Shown: piece after piece, positions 1-11,800 of the stretch
How positions within the stretch are numbered: position 1 is the first letter of the stretch
How the letters are laid out: every line of letters begins with the position of its first letter
Source of the DNA: Tubiluchus corallicola
Lineage: Eukaryota; Animalia; Priapulida
Assembly: GCA_030141605.1 (NCBI GenBank)
Contig: JAQGDQ010001955.1
Span: 1 to 19,349, forward strand
Reading direction: 5' to 3'
Length of the DNA: 19,349 nt
The notes under the pieces: model-generated
What the model was told of the DNA's origin: nothing
Seen by the model: the letters and a program-made list of their open reading frames with translations, nothing else
The model's database searches: none
Program-made: the position numbers and the translations under genes

Positions 1-153
1 GAAAAGACAGAACCAGTGTTTGTCACTGCATTTGATCACACCCATTACACAGAAGGAGAAGGACTGATATTGAATTTGAACGTGGAGCTTGGTCCTGGTA
101 ACTTCACTCTCGTATTTTACGACTTGGGACTGAACGACAATCAGCGAAATTTG
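1..153 (+). CDS. Partial exon (runs in from the window edge) of a DUF1647-like protein; inverted duplicate of the exon at 382-795
   Basis: Frame 1 reads EKTEPVFVTAFDHTHYTEGEGLILNLNVELGPGNFTLVFYDLGLNDNQRNL, then a GTAAGT splice donor at 154-159. It differs from the reverse complement of 374-534 at only 2 positions. Confidence 0.6.
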
Positions 154-534
154 GTAAGTTTCTTGCATGACTTGGATATTTATTGTAATTAAAAAGCTTG
201 TAGTGACAATTTCCACGGCAGTAACACTTCATCTAAAAAGAAAAAGAAAAATGTCATAAGCAGTAACATGGTATAACGGGCTAATGATTAACTGAATTTT
301 GTGTAGGTTAATAGATTAAATGATAATTATCACGTCTAACGTAGTACTTAAACAATATCTTGTTCAATTTTTTAAACTTACCAAATTTCGCTGATTGTCG
401 TTCAGTCCCAAGTCGTAAAATACGAGAGTGAAGTTACCAGGACCAAGCTCCACGTTCAAATTCAATATCAGTCCTTCTCCTTCTGTGTAATGGGTGTGAT
501 CAAATGCAGTGACGAACACTGGTTCTGTCCTTTC
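1..534. repeat. Long inverted repeat: 1-161 vs 374-534, 212-bp spacer
   Basis: Direct comparison gives 159/161 identity, including the splice donor. The left arm probably continues beyond the window. Confidence 0.9.
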
Positions 535-795
535 ATTGACTTTAGAAGCATTGAAGGGGTTCAGATGATACTCATGAACATTCTCACAGCAGTAGCTTCC
601 CCCAGAATGTAATTTTACATTTGCGATAGTTTCTACAGATGTCTTCAAGTCTCTGTGAACAATCTGATGGTGCATCGCAGACGGTACTATTGGCCTCCAT
701 CGTCCTGGTCCTAGGAAAGTCAGTATCATCACCATACAGAGTATAAGTAAATAGGAGAGTTTCCTTTTAACTCCAAAGACGTTTGAGAGTGACAT
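382..795 (-). CDS. First coding exon of a DUF1647-like type II membrane (putative glycosyltransferase-fold) protein
   Basis: ATG at 795, a basic stretch plus hydrophobic anchor (KRKLSYLLILCMVMILTFL), then PVFVTAFDxxHY...FYDLGL, a motif pair I associate with DUF1647 (PF07801). Acceptor TTCTTGTTTCAG precedes 818 and a phase-0 GTAAGT donor starts at 381, so the ORF-track tail 364-381 is intronic. Confidence 0.65.
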
Positions 796-1489
796 AATGG
801 TACTAGACGGTGCGGATGCTGAAACAAGAACTGAAGAAATGTATAATGCGAAAAATGCTCTTTTACCAAGTTTTGTGTTATTTTGTATCTCTTTGAGTTT
901 TAATAAAAGCGTATAGAGTTCTTATTAATAAGCTTATTAGTGTCTGATGCATGTGTTTTCGCCTGCCTGCGTTTGTTGTTTGCAGGTTGTCTGCTTTGTT
1001 TGAAGCAAGCGCTTGCCTGGATATCACAGGGGATGTCCATTTCACAAAGTTAAACTTTTGCTAAATTTTATCATCAATGACCAATGGTAGAAGTGCTATT
1101 CGGAACGTACAAGGAGGGCATTTTCTAAATAAGTGTCGTTAGCCACACGTGTGAGATTATTTTGGATTTAAGTTCTATTTGCAGTAAACCTATTGCTTTT
1201 TTATCACAATAAAACTGATCTCTAATGCGTTATTGGAATTTGTACATGAGCTTTCTTCTGTGTATAATTAACACAAATTATTGTCTCTAAAATTAACAAT
1301 AAGCTAACAATTTATCATTTACTTCCCAGTAAACATTGAAATTATGAGCCTGTTCTGGCATTATTACGCCACATTCTGGCATTGCTGGCATAAAAGCACA
1401 CGCTCATTGGGTCAGTGATGGCATGCCGCTTCCTAACCATTAAATAAATAACATTGCTGGTCCAGTACTGACATGTTGCTTCAGCGATC

Positions 1490-2910
1490 TGATTTGATTT
1501 AATTCTTTATTTCAAACATAAGTTCATATTATAATTTACTCGTATACAACAAACAACATCATAAAAACAACAAAACCAATATAAACAAATCACACACAAA
1601 CTTAGATAAACCTGAAAATTACAATAACAGTCTTCACCATTACTGTCTTACATGCGATGTAAATTCAGCATCACTTCCTAAAATTTTCTGACACAATAAA
1701 TTATCACTAGTATCAAATCTTTTCACTAAACTTAAGACAGATTTTCTACGTAATACATCAAAATACATCACGCGAATTTCAAATAATCATCAAATAACCA
1801 TATCCAAAATATAATCTTTTTAACACATTGTGCGCAATTTTGAGCTTTAAGATATTACAATTATGAAAATGTCTCTAGGTAGACATGCTGTAGAGTGTAT
1901 TACGGTAAGCATTAAATAGATATCTTTTAATCAACAGAACAATAGCTAAATTTCCTAATAAGTTGTTTTGTACGACAGTAGTATAAGGATCTTTAATTAA
2001 CAATGTCAAGGTCATCTCAGTTAACATGTGAAATAATATTTTTCATCATCACAGGTACGTGAAACATTGTTATCTAGTTTGATGTTACCAAACGTAAAAT
2101 TTCTCATGATGTTTGAATTAACAGGCATAAGTTTAGTTTTAGCTACATTGATTTTTATGTCATAATGTTCACCACACAATTTATAGACATCTAGTAGTTG
2201 CTGTAGGGAGGTAATCGTTGTTGCTAACAAACAAACATCGTCAGTGTACATCAGGTAGTTCATAACCATGTTCGAGACATTGCAAGTTGGGTGGATGAAA
2301 GCTTAACACTTAGATCTTTAAAATAAAAATAAAAAAGAAAAGGTGACATCTTGCCACCTTGTCGTACTCCATTTTCAATATTAATACTTGTAGACTGACT
2401 ATGTCCCCACCTGACAGACGTGCCTTGTTGCGTGTAACAAAATGTGAGCAAGCGGTTTACAATATTCGGGTTTGAAGTCTTTGTGAGTTTGACAAAAAGC
2501 TTGAAGAAATTAACCCTATCAAATGCCTTTGACGTATCGATCAAACCAATGTGAACAGAGCTACCACTACTAATGTAGTAGCCAATGATCTCCTTTAATG
2601 TGTTTATGCAAATTTCAGGAGTTGTTGGAACATACTGTTTGCATCTGTTAAGTAATAAAATTTCGAATATTTTGCTGGCAATAGAAGCTAGTGCAATATA
2701 GTTATTGTGGCCTATAGTTATTTGTATCCGTAATAATTTTATTTTTATCTTTGACTGAAGGAATTAATATACACATCATCGGCGATTCAGGAAAAAAGCC
2801 GTGAATCAAACAGGAGCTAAATAACAAGGATAAAAGTACCGATAACATTGAGCTAGAATACTTAAAATGTTCGGCCTGCATACCATCAGGACCTGCAGAT
2901 TTATGCAAAG
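1490..2910 (-). mobile_element. Decayed, 5'-truncated non-LTR retrotransposon (LINE, CR1/L2/Daphne-group-like) RT
   Basis: RT motifs in order across three frameshifted ORFs: KSAGPDG, NYRP, IDTSKAFDRVN, GVRQGGKMSPFLF, YTDDVCLLA, NVAKTK. The 3' end has AATAAA (1506-1511, - strand) followed by a short AATCA repeat tail. Confidence 0.85.
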
Positions 2911-3493
2911 TCAGTGTTCTTCAGCAGTTTTTAAGTTACTGCTGAAAGATTTTGCTCATTAAAAATTTAAACACTGGAACAGTATCAGTTTATCATCTAC
3001 TAAAAACAGCCAACGTGCTTAAAGCAGGGCAGCAAAACAATAAAGAAGCCAACTACTAGTTCACAAGTGTTTGTCACAGAAAATGAAGTATAGATGAAAT
3101 TTGTTGAACAGAAAAATGCGACTTGATCTTGCACCACTAAAGAGGCATTGAACGACAGCCGTACTGAGCCGTTTGATGCTAAAGAACTAATTTCAAAAAT
3201 TTTTAATGCCGGAAGATCAAATATCACTTAAAGTAGTGAGAAACTGTATCTAGTTATTGGAGGAGGACACATAGACAACTTGCTGTAAATTTTAACAATA
3301 GTTGCAAACAAAATTTTTAGGCTTAGTAACTTAAAGCTGCCTGTATTTTTGGGAAAATTTAAAAAGAACAACGTAGAATTTTGTTATTTATACAAAATTG
3401 TGTGCAACATTTTGTCTACATTTTTGTCTACAACAGTTTGACAATTTTCAAGACACAACAATAAACCCCCCCTCGCACATTTTTTGCACCACC

Positions 3494-3534
3494 TGATATA
3501 ACAATTAATGTTATATCACATTAATTGTTATATC
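3494..3534. repeat. Nested perfect inverted repeats (17-bp arms with 6-nt loop; 10-bp arms with 5-nt loop)
   Basis: GATATAACAATTAATGT (3495-3511) pairs with ACATTAATTGTTATATC (3518-3534). TGATATAACA (3494-3503) pairs with TGTTATATCA (3509-3518). Confidence 0.85.
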
Positions 3535-3989
3535 CAGACACATTGACAACATTGAAATTAGGTGTGGTGAACTCACCCTGATATCCCACCGATCCTTGAC
3601 TTGACAACAAGCTTGAGGTCATTTTTTCTGACTCAATCAAGCCAGCTCAATCAGCAAATGAGGCGCAATATTTTAAAGGAAACCTGTGAATTTGTAATAC
3701 TATTAAATAAACGGCATTAGAAATTCACTGTTGAAAGAAAGAAATTACATACATTTTCTTACACAGTTTTTGTTAGCAAAACGATTTTAATGGCTTGACT
3801 GAAATCACATAACTGCACTAGCTTCAATCATTAAAAAATCTGTCTACAATAAACATGTCATGATGCATCGCACCAGCAAATCATTTGGTGTCCTGACGCT
3901 TATTAAGCGAGATGTTGATCTTACAAGATTTTAATAAAAAAAACAAGTAACTGCTTAGGTATGGCAACTGGTCTCATATGTTGTCAATA

Positions 3990-4237
3990 AATTTTTGGCA
4001 CATTCATCTAAAACCGTGCAATGAACCCGATCCTAAAAGCTGACGTCTCACAAACGAAAATACCTCAGGAAAATTCGTGTAATTCTTCCACCATAGAAGC
4101 GGATCTGTTTTTAAAATCTTTTTGAGGTTTCTTGATCTTAGTATAATTCCGTGATTTCTACCTAAAGAAAAAACAATATCCTTGTTGAAGAGTCCCAGGC
4201 TGAATGACAACTTGATTAGTGCGAATCTTTCTGCTAT
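3990..4237 (-). pseudogene. Remnant N-terminus of a eukaryotic integrase-core (IS3EU-like) DDE transposase
   Basis: LIKLSFSLGLFNKDIV..HGIILRSRNLKKILK....WKNY...EVFSFVRRQLLGSGSLHGFR*MCQK resembles the recalled family pattern YF.LG..Y.EI...HGI..S.R.LKR.L...L.GSG.L.GYRWM.QK. The Trp codon appears to have become TGA, and no catalytic core follows. Confidence 0.55.
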
Positions 4238-4851
4238 AACACCGTTTCTGTAATTACGTAATTCTATAATGATGTAATTCTATGCACACGAAATAATTCG
4301 TGGCCACAAATTCGATTTCTCACGCACGGATCATAATACATTGTCACGAATTAATAACTTTTCTCATCTTGAACCTTCGAGGGTTCCAGAGTTTGATGCA
4401 TACCATCTCACACAAAATTTGCAGTTATACGCAACTTTTGCATAAAGCAAAGATTCTATTGGTCTTATCTGTTTTTATAGTCAACAATTATTTTTGAGCT
4501 TTTTATAGCCAACAATATACACGAGAACGAATTTAAGCACGTTTAATTAAAATATGTAAGTCATAAGGCTGGTAAAACAGCTTATAAGGGTATGTATCGA
4601 ACCCGAAGCCAAGCAAAAGTTGTGTCAGACAAATTGTTGCAGAGAGAGTCAATTATGCGGAGTTATTTGAGTCAATTACCGATAGGTTTTATGTATATTT
4701 GAATATAAGCAGCTCGTTCCAGGCGTTTATGTGTGTGAATTATGCGATTAAGTCTGTTAACGGTGAGTGTATTATGCGGCGCCTAATGTAGTATGGCAGA
4801 AGCTTATAATAGTAATTTTGTGTTTACGTTGTATATGTGATGCAATAGATT

Positions 4852-5879
4852 TTCGTACTCTCATTGACATCAAAACTACTTCGTACTCTCATTGACTTGA
4901 AATCTACTTCGTACTCTCATTGACATCAAAACTACTTCGTACTCTCATTGACATGAAATCTACTTCGTACTCTCATTGACATCAAATATACTTTGTACTC
5001 TCATTGACATCAAATCCACTTCGTACTCACATTGACATCAAATCTAGTTCGTACTCTCATTGACATCAAATCTACTTTGTATTCTCATTGACATCAAATC
5101 TACTTTGTATTCTCATTGACATCAAATCTACTTTGTATTCTCATTGACATCAAATCTAGTTCGTACTCTCATTGACATCAAAACTACTTCATACTCTCAT
5201 TGACATCAAATCTACTTCGTTCTCTCATTGACATCAAATCTACTTCATACTCTCATTGACATCAAATCTACTTTGTATTCTCATTGACATCAAATCTACT
5301 TTGTATTCTCATTGACATCAAATCTACTTCGTTCTCTCATTGACATCAGAACTACTTCCTACTCTCATTGACATCAAAACTACTTCATACTCTCGTTGAC
5401 ATCAAATCTAGTTCGTACTCTTATTGACATCAAATCTACTTCGTTCTCTCATTGACATCAAATCTACTTCGTACTGTCATTGACATCAAAACTACTTCGT
5501 ATTCTCATTTACACCAAAACTACTTCGTATTCTCATTGACATCAAATCTACTTCGAACTCTCGTTGACATTAAATATACTTCGTACTCTCATTGACATCA
5601 AAACTACTTCGTAGTCTCATTGACATCAAAACTAGTTCGTACTCTCATTGACATAAAATCTACTTCTTACTCTCATTGACATAAAATCTACTTCGTTCTC
5701 TCATTGACATCAAAACTAGTTCGTAATCTCATTGACATCAAAACTAGTTCGTACTCTCATTGACATCAAAACTACTTTGTACTCTCATTGACATCAAAAC
5801 TAGTTCGTAATCTCATTGACATCAAAACTAGTTCGTAATCTCATTGACATCAAAACTAGTTCGTACTCTCATTGACATC
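4852..5879. repeat. 28-bp minisatellite, ~36.7 copies, consensus TTCGTACTCTCATTGACATCAAA(A/T)CTAC
   Basis: Units are head-to-tail with no spacers. Unit starts fall at 4852+28n (checked at 5132 and 5860), so there is no net indel. Confidence 0.95.
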
Positions 5880-6133
5880 TGTTGGGAGCTAGTAGTTTTT
5901 ATGGTGGGGGTGCAACTCTTTACCTCTCAACTCATCCACAAATCTGACTATCCTGTCGCGTCATCTTTTATTCACAATAAAAGGGGTTTGTGGGTGGTTG
6001 TTGTCCTACAATTTTCCAGAGGGCAACAAGGCATATGAACCAAAACGACACAGGTTTTCCATGTTGACCATGACATACATAGATTCCAAACATTCCGACA
6101 ATAAAATCTTATATGAAACGGAGGAAAAGATTA

Positions 6134-6275
6134 TGAATTTGAATTTGAATTTATTTATTCCACAGCAACTCAAATATACATATAAATTGATATAACATTG
6201 AAAAAAAATAAATAAACTATGCGAGTTACTGTGAGGAGGAGGAAGGAGCATTTTGCTTTCGAGTCCTCCTCCAAG
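6134..6275 (-). mobile_element. Short 3' end of an L2/Crack-like LINE (or related SINE)
   Basis: The - strand ends AATAAATAAATTCAAATTCAAATTCA (poly(A) signal plus short tandem tail). It is preceded by a stem-loop, read on + as GGAGGAGGAAGGAGC-ATTTT-GCTTTCGAGTCCTCCTCC, resembling L2-group 3' UTR hairpins. Confidence 0.4.
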
Positions 6276-7961
6276 GTTATGTTTACTATTTTTATTCACT
6301 TTTTGCTCTGTTTAGATAAATCAGGACAGGTTATATTATCAATGACAGTTTCGCGTAAAGGCAGTTAATAATAATAATAACAATGACAAAGTGAAAAGGA
6401 AACAAATTGTCTACTTGTCAGTTAACCCTTCCACTGAGAGGACAAGGACATAGGATAGGAGTCCGCGGACATAGCTCACTCCAGTCGGTCACAGCAACAC
6501 ATCAACGACTTCAAGTCTATGGCCATGACTATCAAAGGTGATGACGCCTGCAGCAAATTAAACATGAACTAAGGAATGCCTCACAAGTCTCTGTGGTTGA
6601 CTCAGGATACGTCCACAATCCACTACGCCAACTTGCCTTGATATAGCATATAGTGACTTGATTGGACATTTGGCAATGAATAATCAACAGCCAGTTAGAT
6701 TTTGTCGGATTCTTATGCCTTCGCTTTCAGCTGTATGATCTCGAATGAAAGCTTTCAATTTTATTAAGACATTTATTTAAGAGACATTCTTTTATTGAAA
6801 TTTATTGGAATTTATTTATTTATTACTAGTTGCTTTTCTTATGTCGACTATTTCTTGTATAAATGCATGTACTGCATATTCTCTATCACACAGATTTGTA
6901 CTATGCACTATACTCTACCCAGAAATCTGTTTGTTTGAAGTAAACAGTTTATATTAATATCTTTGGAAATATGGTAGTCATGCTGGCAGACACAGCCAAG
7001 AACGAGAAAAACTGTGCAATTAGGTGAATTTTAAAGAAAGTTTCACCATTGATATTTGCTGTTTCAAAGTACTCCCAGGCAGCAAATTGCATCTGATCAA
7101 GCACCATTAATGTAGTTTCTCTGTTCACCAAATGACTTGTAAATGCTACTTATTCTTAGTAAACCATTCCCATCATATTGAAAAATATTTCTGGGAATAG
7201 GAAGTCTGAAGATTGTACAATTTGCCATTGTTATCAAACCAGAACTCCTAGACTAAAAAAGAAACTACATTTTGTTAGGGATAATAAATGCACAGAAAAA
7301 TTATGATAACCCTGAAACACAAATAAACTTTGTTTCAACCACTATGGGCTCAGTTCACATAGCTACATTTTTCATTGCCATACGCCCTTGATGGCCAATC
7401 CTGAACATTTGAACAACCGTTCATTTTTTCAAGTTATTCGTCAACTGATATTTGTGTAATATAAAAACTGTTACTATTATGCTGATTAAAACGTAATAAA
7501 CAGTTTCATTTGAATGCACCTAATACATTTGTTGGATGAGTTGACTTAAGATGCTGTGCCTCTAGCAAGCTAATATATTCTGCCTTATAATCTCTCATTC
7601 ATGACTTACCTTAATGCCATCACAACAATACATTAATCATCACTACAACTATTTAAGAGCCGTCTCATCTGCAGGGACTAACTGTTTGGGATTTAACTGT
7701 TTGACGCTGTTTTTATTTGTTATCATAAATTTCTATTCTTTATTTGTTCTTTTTTAAGGTTTGCTAATGTTATTTACATTGCATTCTATTCGCACTACAG
7801 TACAGAATTCCCTCATGATATAGATATTTTAAACATTACTCCGGGTATTAGTATAAAAGGTCTGAATAAGCTGAAATTCAGTCCTTTTATGTATAATTAG
7901 AAACTTTTAACAGTAGTGTGTAATGTTACATTACTGGCCGTTTTAGGGACCCCTGCCCTGT

Positions 7962-8136
7962 GGGGGGGGGGGGGGGTGTTGACGAAACCGTAAAAAAGTG
8001 CGCGAAAGCCTGTGAAAGTGTGTGAAACCATGTGAAAGTGTGTAAAACTGCTTACATGACCTCAATCAAAGAAAAAGCGTGTGAAACAGAGAAAAAGCGT
8101 GTGAAACAGAGAAAAAGCATGTGAAACAAAGAAAAA
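7962..8136 (+). repeat. G15 run followed by GTGAAA-rich short repeats, including 3 copies of a 20-bp unit (GAAAAAGCGTGTGAAACAGA)
   Basis: G run at 7962-7976, degenerate ~10-bp TGTGAAA repeats at ~7990-8050, and 20-mer copies starting at 8071, 8091 and 8111. Confidence 0.75.
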
Positions 8137-8332
8137 TGTGGCAAGTTGAGTCCCCTCCCGCATGCCTTCATTTGGGCAAATGACCTTGAACTTTTCCCCA
8201 CCCGAAATGGCTTCTTTTTGGAATTACCTTATTAGAATTAGTAACAACAATACTTTTTAAAACACTTTGTCTAATAAACATAAGTAACAAAAATAAGCAA
8301 CAACAATACAATATTTTATGACATATAGTAGC

Positions 8333-8835
8333 TGTATTGTTTAGGAAACAATTTGATAATATATTTTTTGTTATACAGTTGTGTCATAATGAATGTTTTT
8401 TTTAGACTTGGAATTAACAGAAACTTGTAGTATCTTGGGGAGGTGTTGCCATCTTTTGGCTGTAAAATTAATTTACCTGTCTCTTAAACTGTTTACTGTA
8501 CAATCTATTTACATACCATTTACTGGGTTTCAACTAAAGTCAATGAGCTGTAACAGGAGTCCTGGCTATTGTATGTTGGTCAGTAGTAGTTCAGGTCTCA
8601 TAGTCTGCTGGTGAATAGTGTAATTGGTGAATTTCATAATGTAGTTTGTCAATGTATGTTGCTTTAAATTATATTTTTGTGGTTTTTCCTGATTTGCTAA
8701 ACTGAGAAGTTCAATGCTTTAATTTTTGTTATAGAGTGTTAAACTTAGGTGAATTATTAAGTGTAAACTTCCCTAAACGTTGCTTCATTACTTTTATTTG
8801 GTTACAACATGCAGGCAGACAAACTGGACAAAACA
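8333..8835 (+). repeat. 5' LTR of BEL element 1
   Basis: 8333-8652 matches 14789-15108 (5 transitions in 320 bp), and 8792-8837 matches 15208-15253 exactly. The termini form an imperfect 8-bp inverted repeat. Confidence 0.9.
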
Positions 8836-8870
8836 TTTCAACATAAATTCAGCACTTTCAATAGGAATTA

Positions 8871-11800
8871 ATGATGTCAGCTTCGGAGAAAAAGACGAGG
8901 AGAACTGTTGCAAAGTCAGCTTTGACAAGGGTACTGAGAAGGCTTCAAAATTTAATTGAAGAGGAAGACAGTGTGCAAGAAATTAATCGGCTGGTGGATG
9001 CTGTGGAGGCTGCACTCAATCATTTGGAAGCATGCCACATTGAATTCTTTAATGCATGCAAACAAGAACAGCAGAATGTGGATGAAGACAAGGCTTCTCA
9101 ATACATGGAGCAAGAATATTCAAGAGCAGACAACGTTTTTGCATCAGTTAAGGACTACAAGCGGAGAATCAGGCGAGTTGAAGAACTCAAGAAAGAGAAG
9201 GATGATGAAGCTAAAGCAACGAAGGAAGAGGAAAAAATCATCAGGTGGCACAAAATAGATTTTGATACACTGATTCATTTATTGCATGGACATATTGAAA
9301 ATCAGGAAAAGAGGCTTGAGAGCGGAGATACAGCAATTCAGGTTCTGGAGAGTTGTCGGTTAGAAATTCAGACATTGTTGGAAAAAGTGAGGTTATCATT
9401 CACCAAATATGCTTCCTTGCTTGCTGACTATCAGGAAGAGGATAGAAGATTCAATGACGTAGAGACAATTGTTAAAGAGATAAATGACAAAGCAATGAAC
9501 TATATTGGTTCTCAATCATTGCAAAACAATCATGCATCTGGCATGTCAAACAACACTGGAAATGAGCAAGCATCTGGTAGAGCAAAATTGGAAGCAATAC
9601 CAATTCCCGGTTTTCGTGGTGGCTACAGTGAATGGCCGACGTTCATCACAAATTGGAGGAGGATTGTCGAAAAACATTATTCCAGTGAATTTTGAGCTGC
9701 CATCTTGAATGAGAAACTAAGTGGAGAGGCGGCGGATCTAGTAGCTGCCTGTAATGACAACTACGCTGAAATGATTAAACGCCTTGAAAGAAAATATGGA
9801 GATAGAAAGAAAGACACTGAAAGCATCATGGCAGAAATCAGAGATGTCAAGCCTTTATCTTCTGGCAACCATGTTGGTTTCATAAAGTTTGTCGACAGGA
9901 TAGAAAAAGCCAGTACAAAACTAAAGTCACTAGGTATGTTGCAGGAAATTAGCAATGTGGGGGCACTAGCTGAAATTGAACGCAGGTTACCGGAAGATAT
10001 TCGTAATGAATGGGCAAGGCACATCATCAGCAAGAGTGATGAGGAGAGACTGGAACCTTTCAAGCTTCTTTTACCATTTTTGTTAATGGAAAAGGAGCGC
10101 GTAGAGTATTTAACTGCAGGTGTACGAAAGCAGTTTGGCAGTGTCAGTAGCCATTATCAGGACATTCAACCCGAAGCCTTTGGGACTGGTGGCGGTGCTA
10201 AGTTAAAAAGCTGTTTCAAATGTGGCAAACAAGGACATTTTGCTCGTGAATGTAAAGCAAACGGGAGGATGGGTGACAAAAGACCTTACTTCAAGTGCAG
10301 CACATGCGAAGTAAATGACCATTTAAACAGGGATTGTGAGAAGTTCAAAAATATGACTGTTAATCAAAGACGAGATGTAATAAAGAGGCATGGTGCTTGT
10401 TATATCTGCTTTGGAAATCATGTGGCAGTAGTATGCAAGGGCACAGCAAAGTGCAAGAAGTGTCAGAATGGAGGTCACCATACAATGCTCTGCTCCAAAG
10501 AGATGCAATCTGGGCCTGGTAGTGTTTCAAAATCAAATGTTGAAGTGGTTGATTCAACAACTATTTCAAATTGTGTGGATGCTAAGAAGGTTACATCAGC
10601 TACAGTGACGGATAGTGCTGGTACTGATTCAACAACATTACTTCATATAATGGAGATTCAAGGACCAAGACGGGGCAGTAAAATCAATGCTTTCTTTGAT
10701 TCAGGAAGTTCTGGAATGTTTATAACACATGACTGTGCAAAGCAGAATAAGTTCCCTGGAAAAAGTGAGATAATTGATGTTAAAACTTTGCAGGGACATG
10801 TCGAAACTTTGGAAACTCAGGTGTATAACGTCACGATAGTGGATAAAGATAATCAACGTCATACCTTTTTGGCATACGGCCTGGATTCAATAACTGGAAG
10901 CATTTCTCCAGTTGACATGACAGTGGTGAAGCGTATTTTTCCAGGGATTTCAGTTGGGGACCTTAAGCGTCCGAGTGGCACAGTGGAGCTTTTACTTGGC
11001 AATTTTAAAGCTGGATGGCAACCTCAACCAATCAGATCAGATGGCGCTCATCTTTTCATTATGGAAAATATGTTTGGTAGGTGTTTGGGTGGATCTCATC
11101 CAGAGCTATTTGACACTACCAGAAAGGCAAATGGATGCTGGAAAGAAGCTATTTTTCATGCAAAGGTCTCTAATTTCAGTACTGAAGTTTTAAGTCATCC
11201 ACAGCTCAATCCACAGGAGTGCCTAGTGATAAAGCAGTCGGGTGATTCTATGTCATCATTTTCAGTTGGTACAGAAGATAACTGTGACACCTTCTTTGCA
11301 GCTGAAGCACTCGGAACTCAGATTGTGCCGAAATGTGGGGCATGTCGGTGTGGTAAGTGCCCTATACCCGGGCATACCTACAGTTTCCGGGAAGAAAGTG
11401 AGCTACGCTTGATCCGTGAAGGACTCAGCTACGATCTAGATCGCCAAGTCTGGATTTCAAAGTATCCTTGGATAGTGGACAGATCACAGTTGCCTGATAA
11501 CTATCAACAAGCTCTGTCAGCTTTACAGTCGTGTGAGACAAGTTTGGCAATAAATACAGAATGGGGTGCTGTGTATTCAGGTCAGATACAAGACATGGTC
11601 GATCGAGGTGCTGCACGCAAACTTAGTCAAGCCGAGATTGATAACTGGAAAGGGCCAGTTTTCTATTTATGCCACTTGGCTGCGCTTAACCCTAAGAGCC
11701 AGTCAACACCCGTGCGAATTGTTTTCAACAGCAGTAGAAAAGCCAAGGGTAACATTTCACTTAATTCATGTTTGGCTAAAGGACCAGACAATTACCTTAA

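Noticed and set aside
3000-3230. 75-aa - strand ORF, or a + strand frame with two stops ending TEPFDAKELISKIF
   Set aside because: No recognisable family on either strand.
3577-3683. Possible - strand exon (CACAG acceptor, GTGAGT donor), perhaps 5' UTR of the DUF1647-like gene
   Set aside because: It has stops in all three frames and only splice-like motifs as support; it needs RNA evidence.
4852-5879. CRISPR array (28-bp repeats)
   Set aside because: Units are contiguous with no unique spacers, there are no cas genes, and the context is eukaryotic.
5844-6299. Short ORFs 5844-6038, 5998-6195 and 6006-6299
   Set aside because: They derive from the minisatellite end and AT-rich LINE-tail sequence and show no protein motifs.
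6949-7230. Coding-looking - strand stretch (LDQMQFAAWEYFE)
   Set aside because: Interrupted by stops upstream and not assignable to any family; possibly a decayed fragment.
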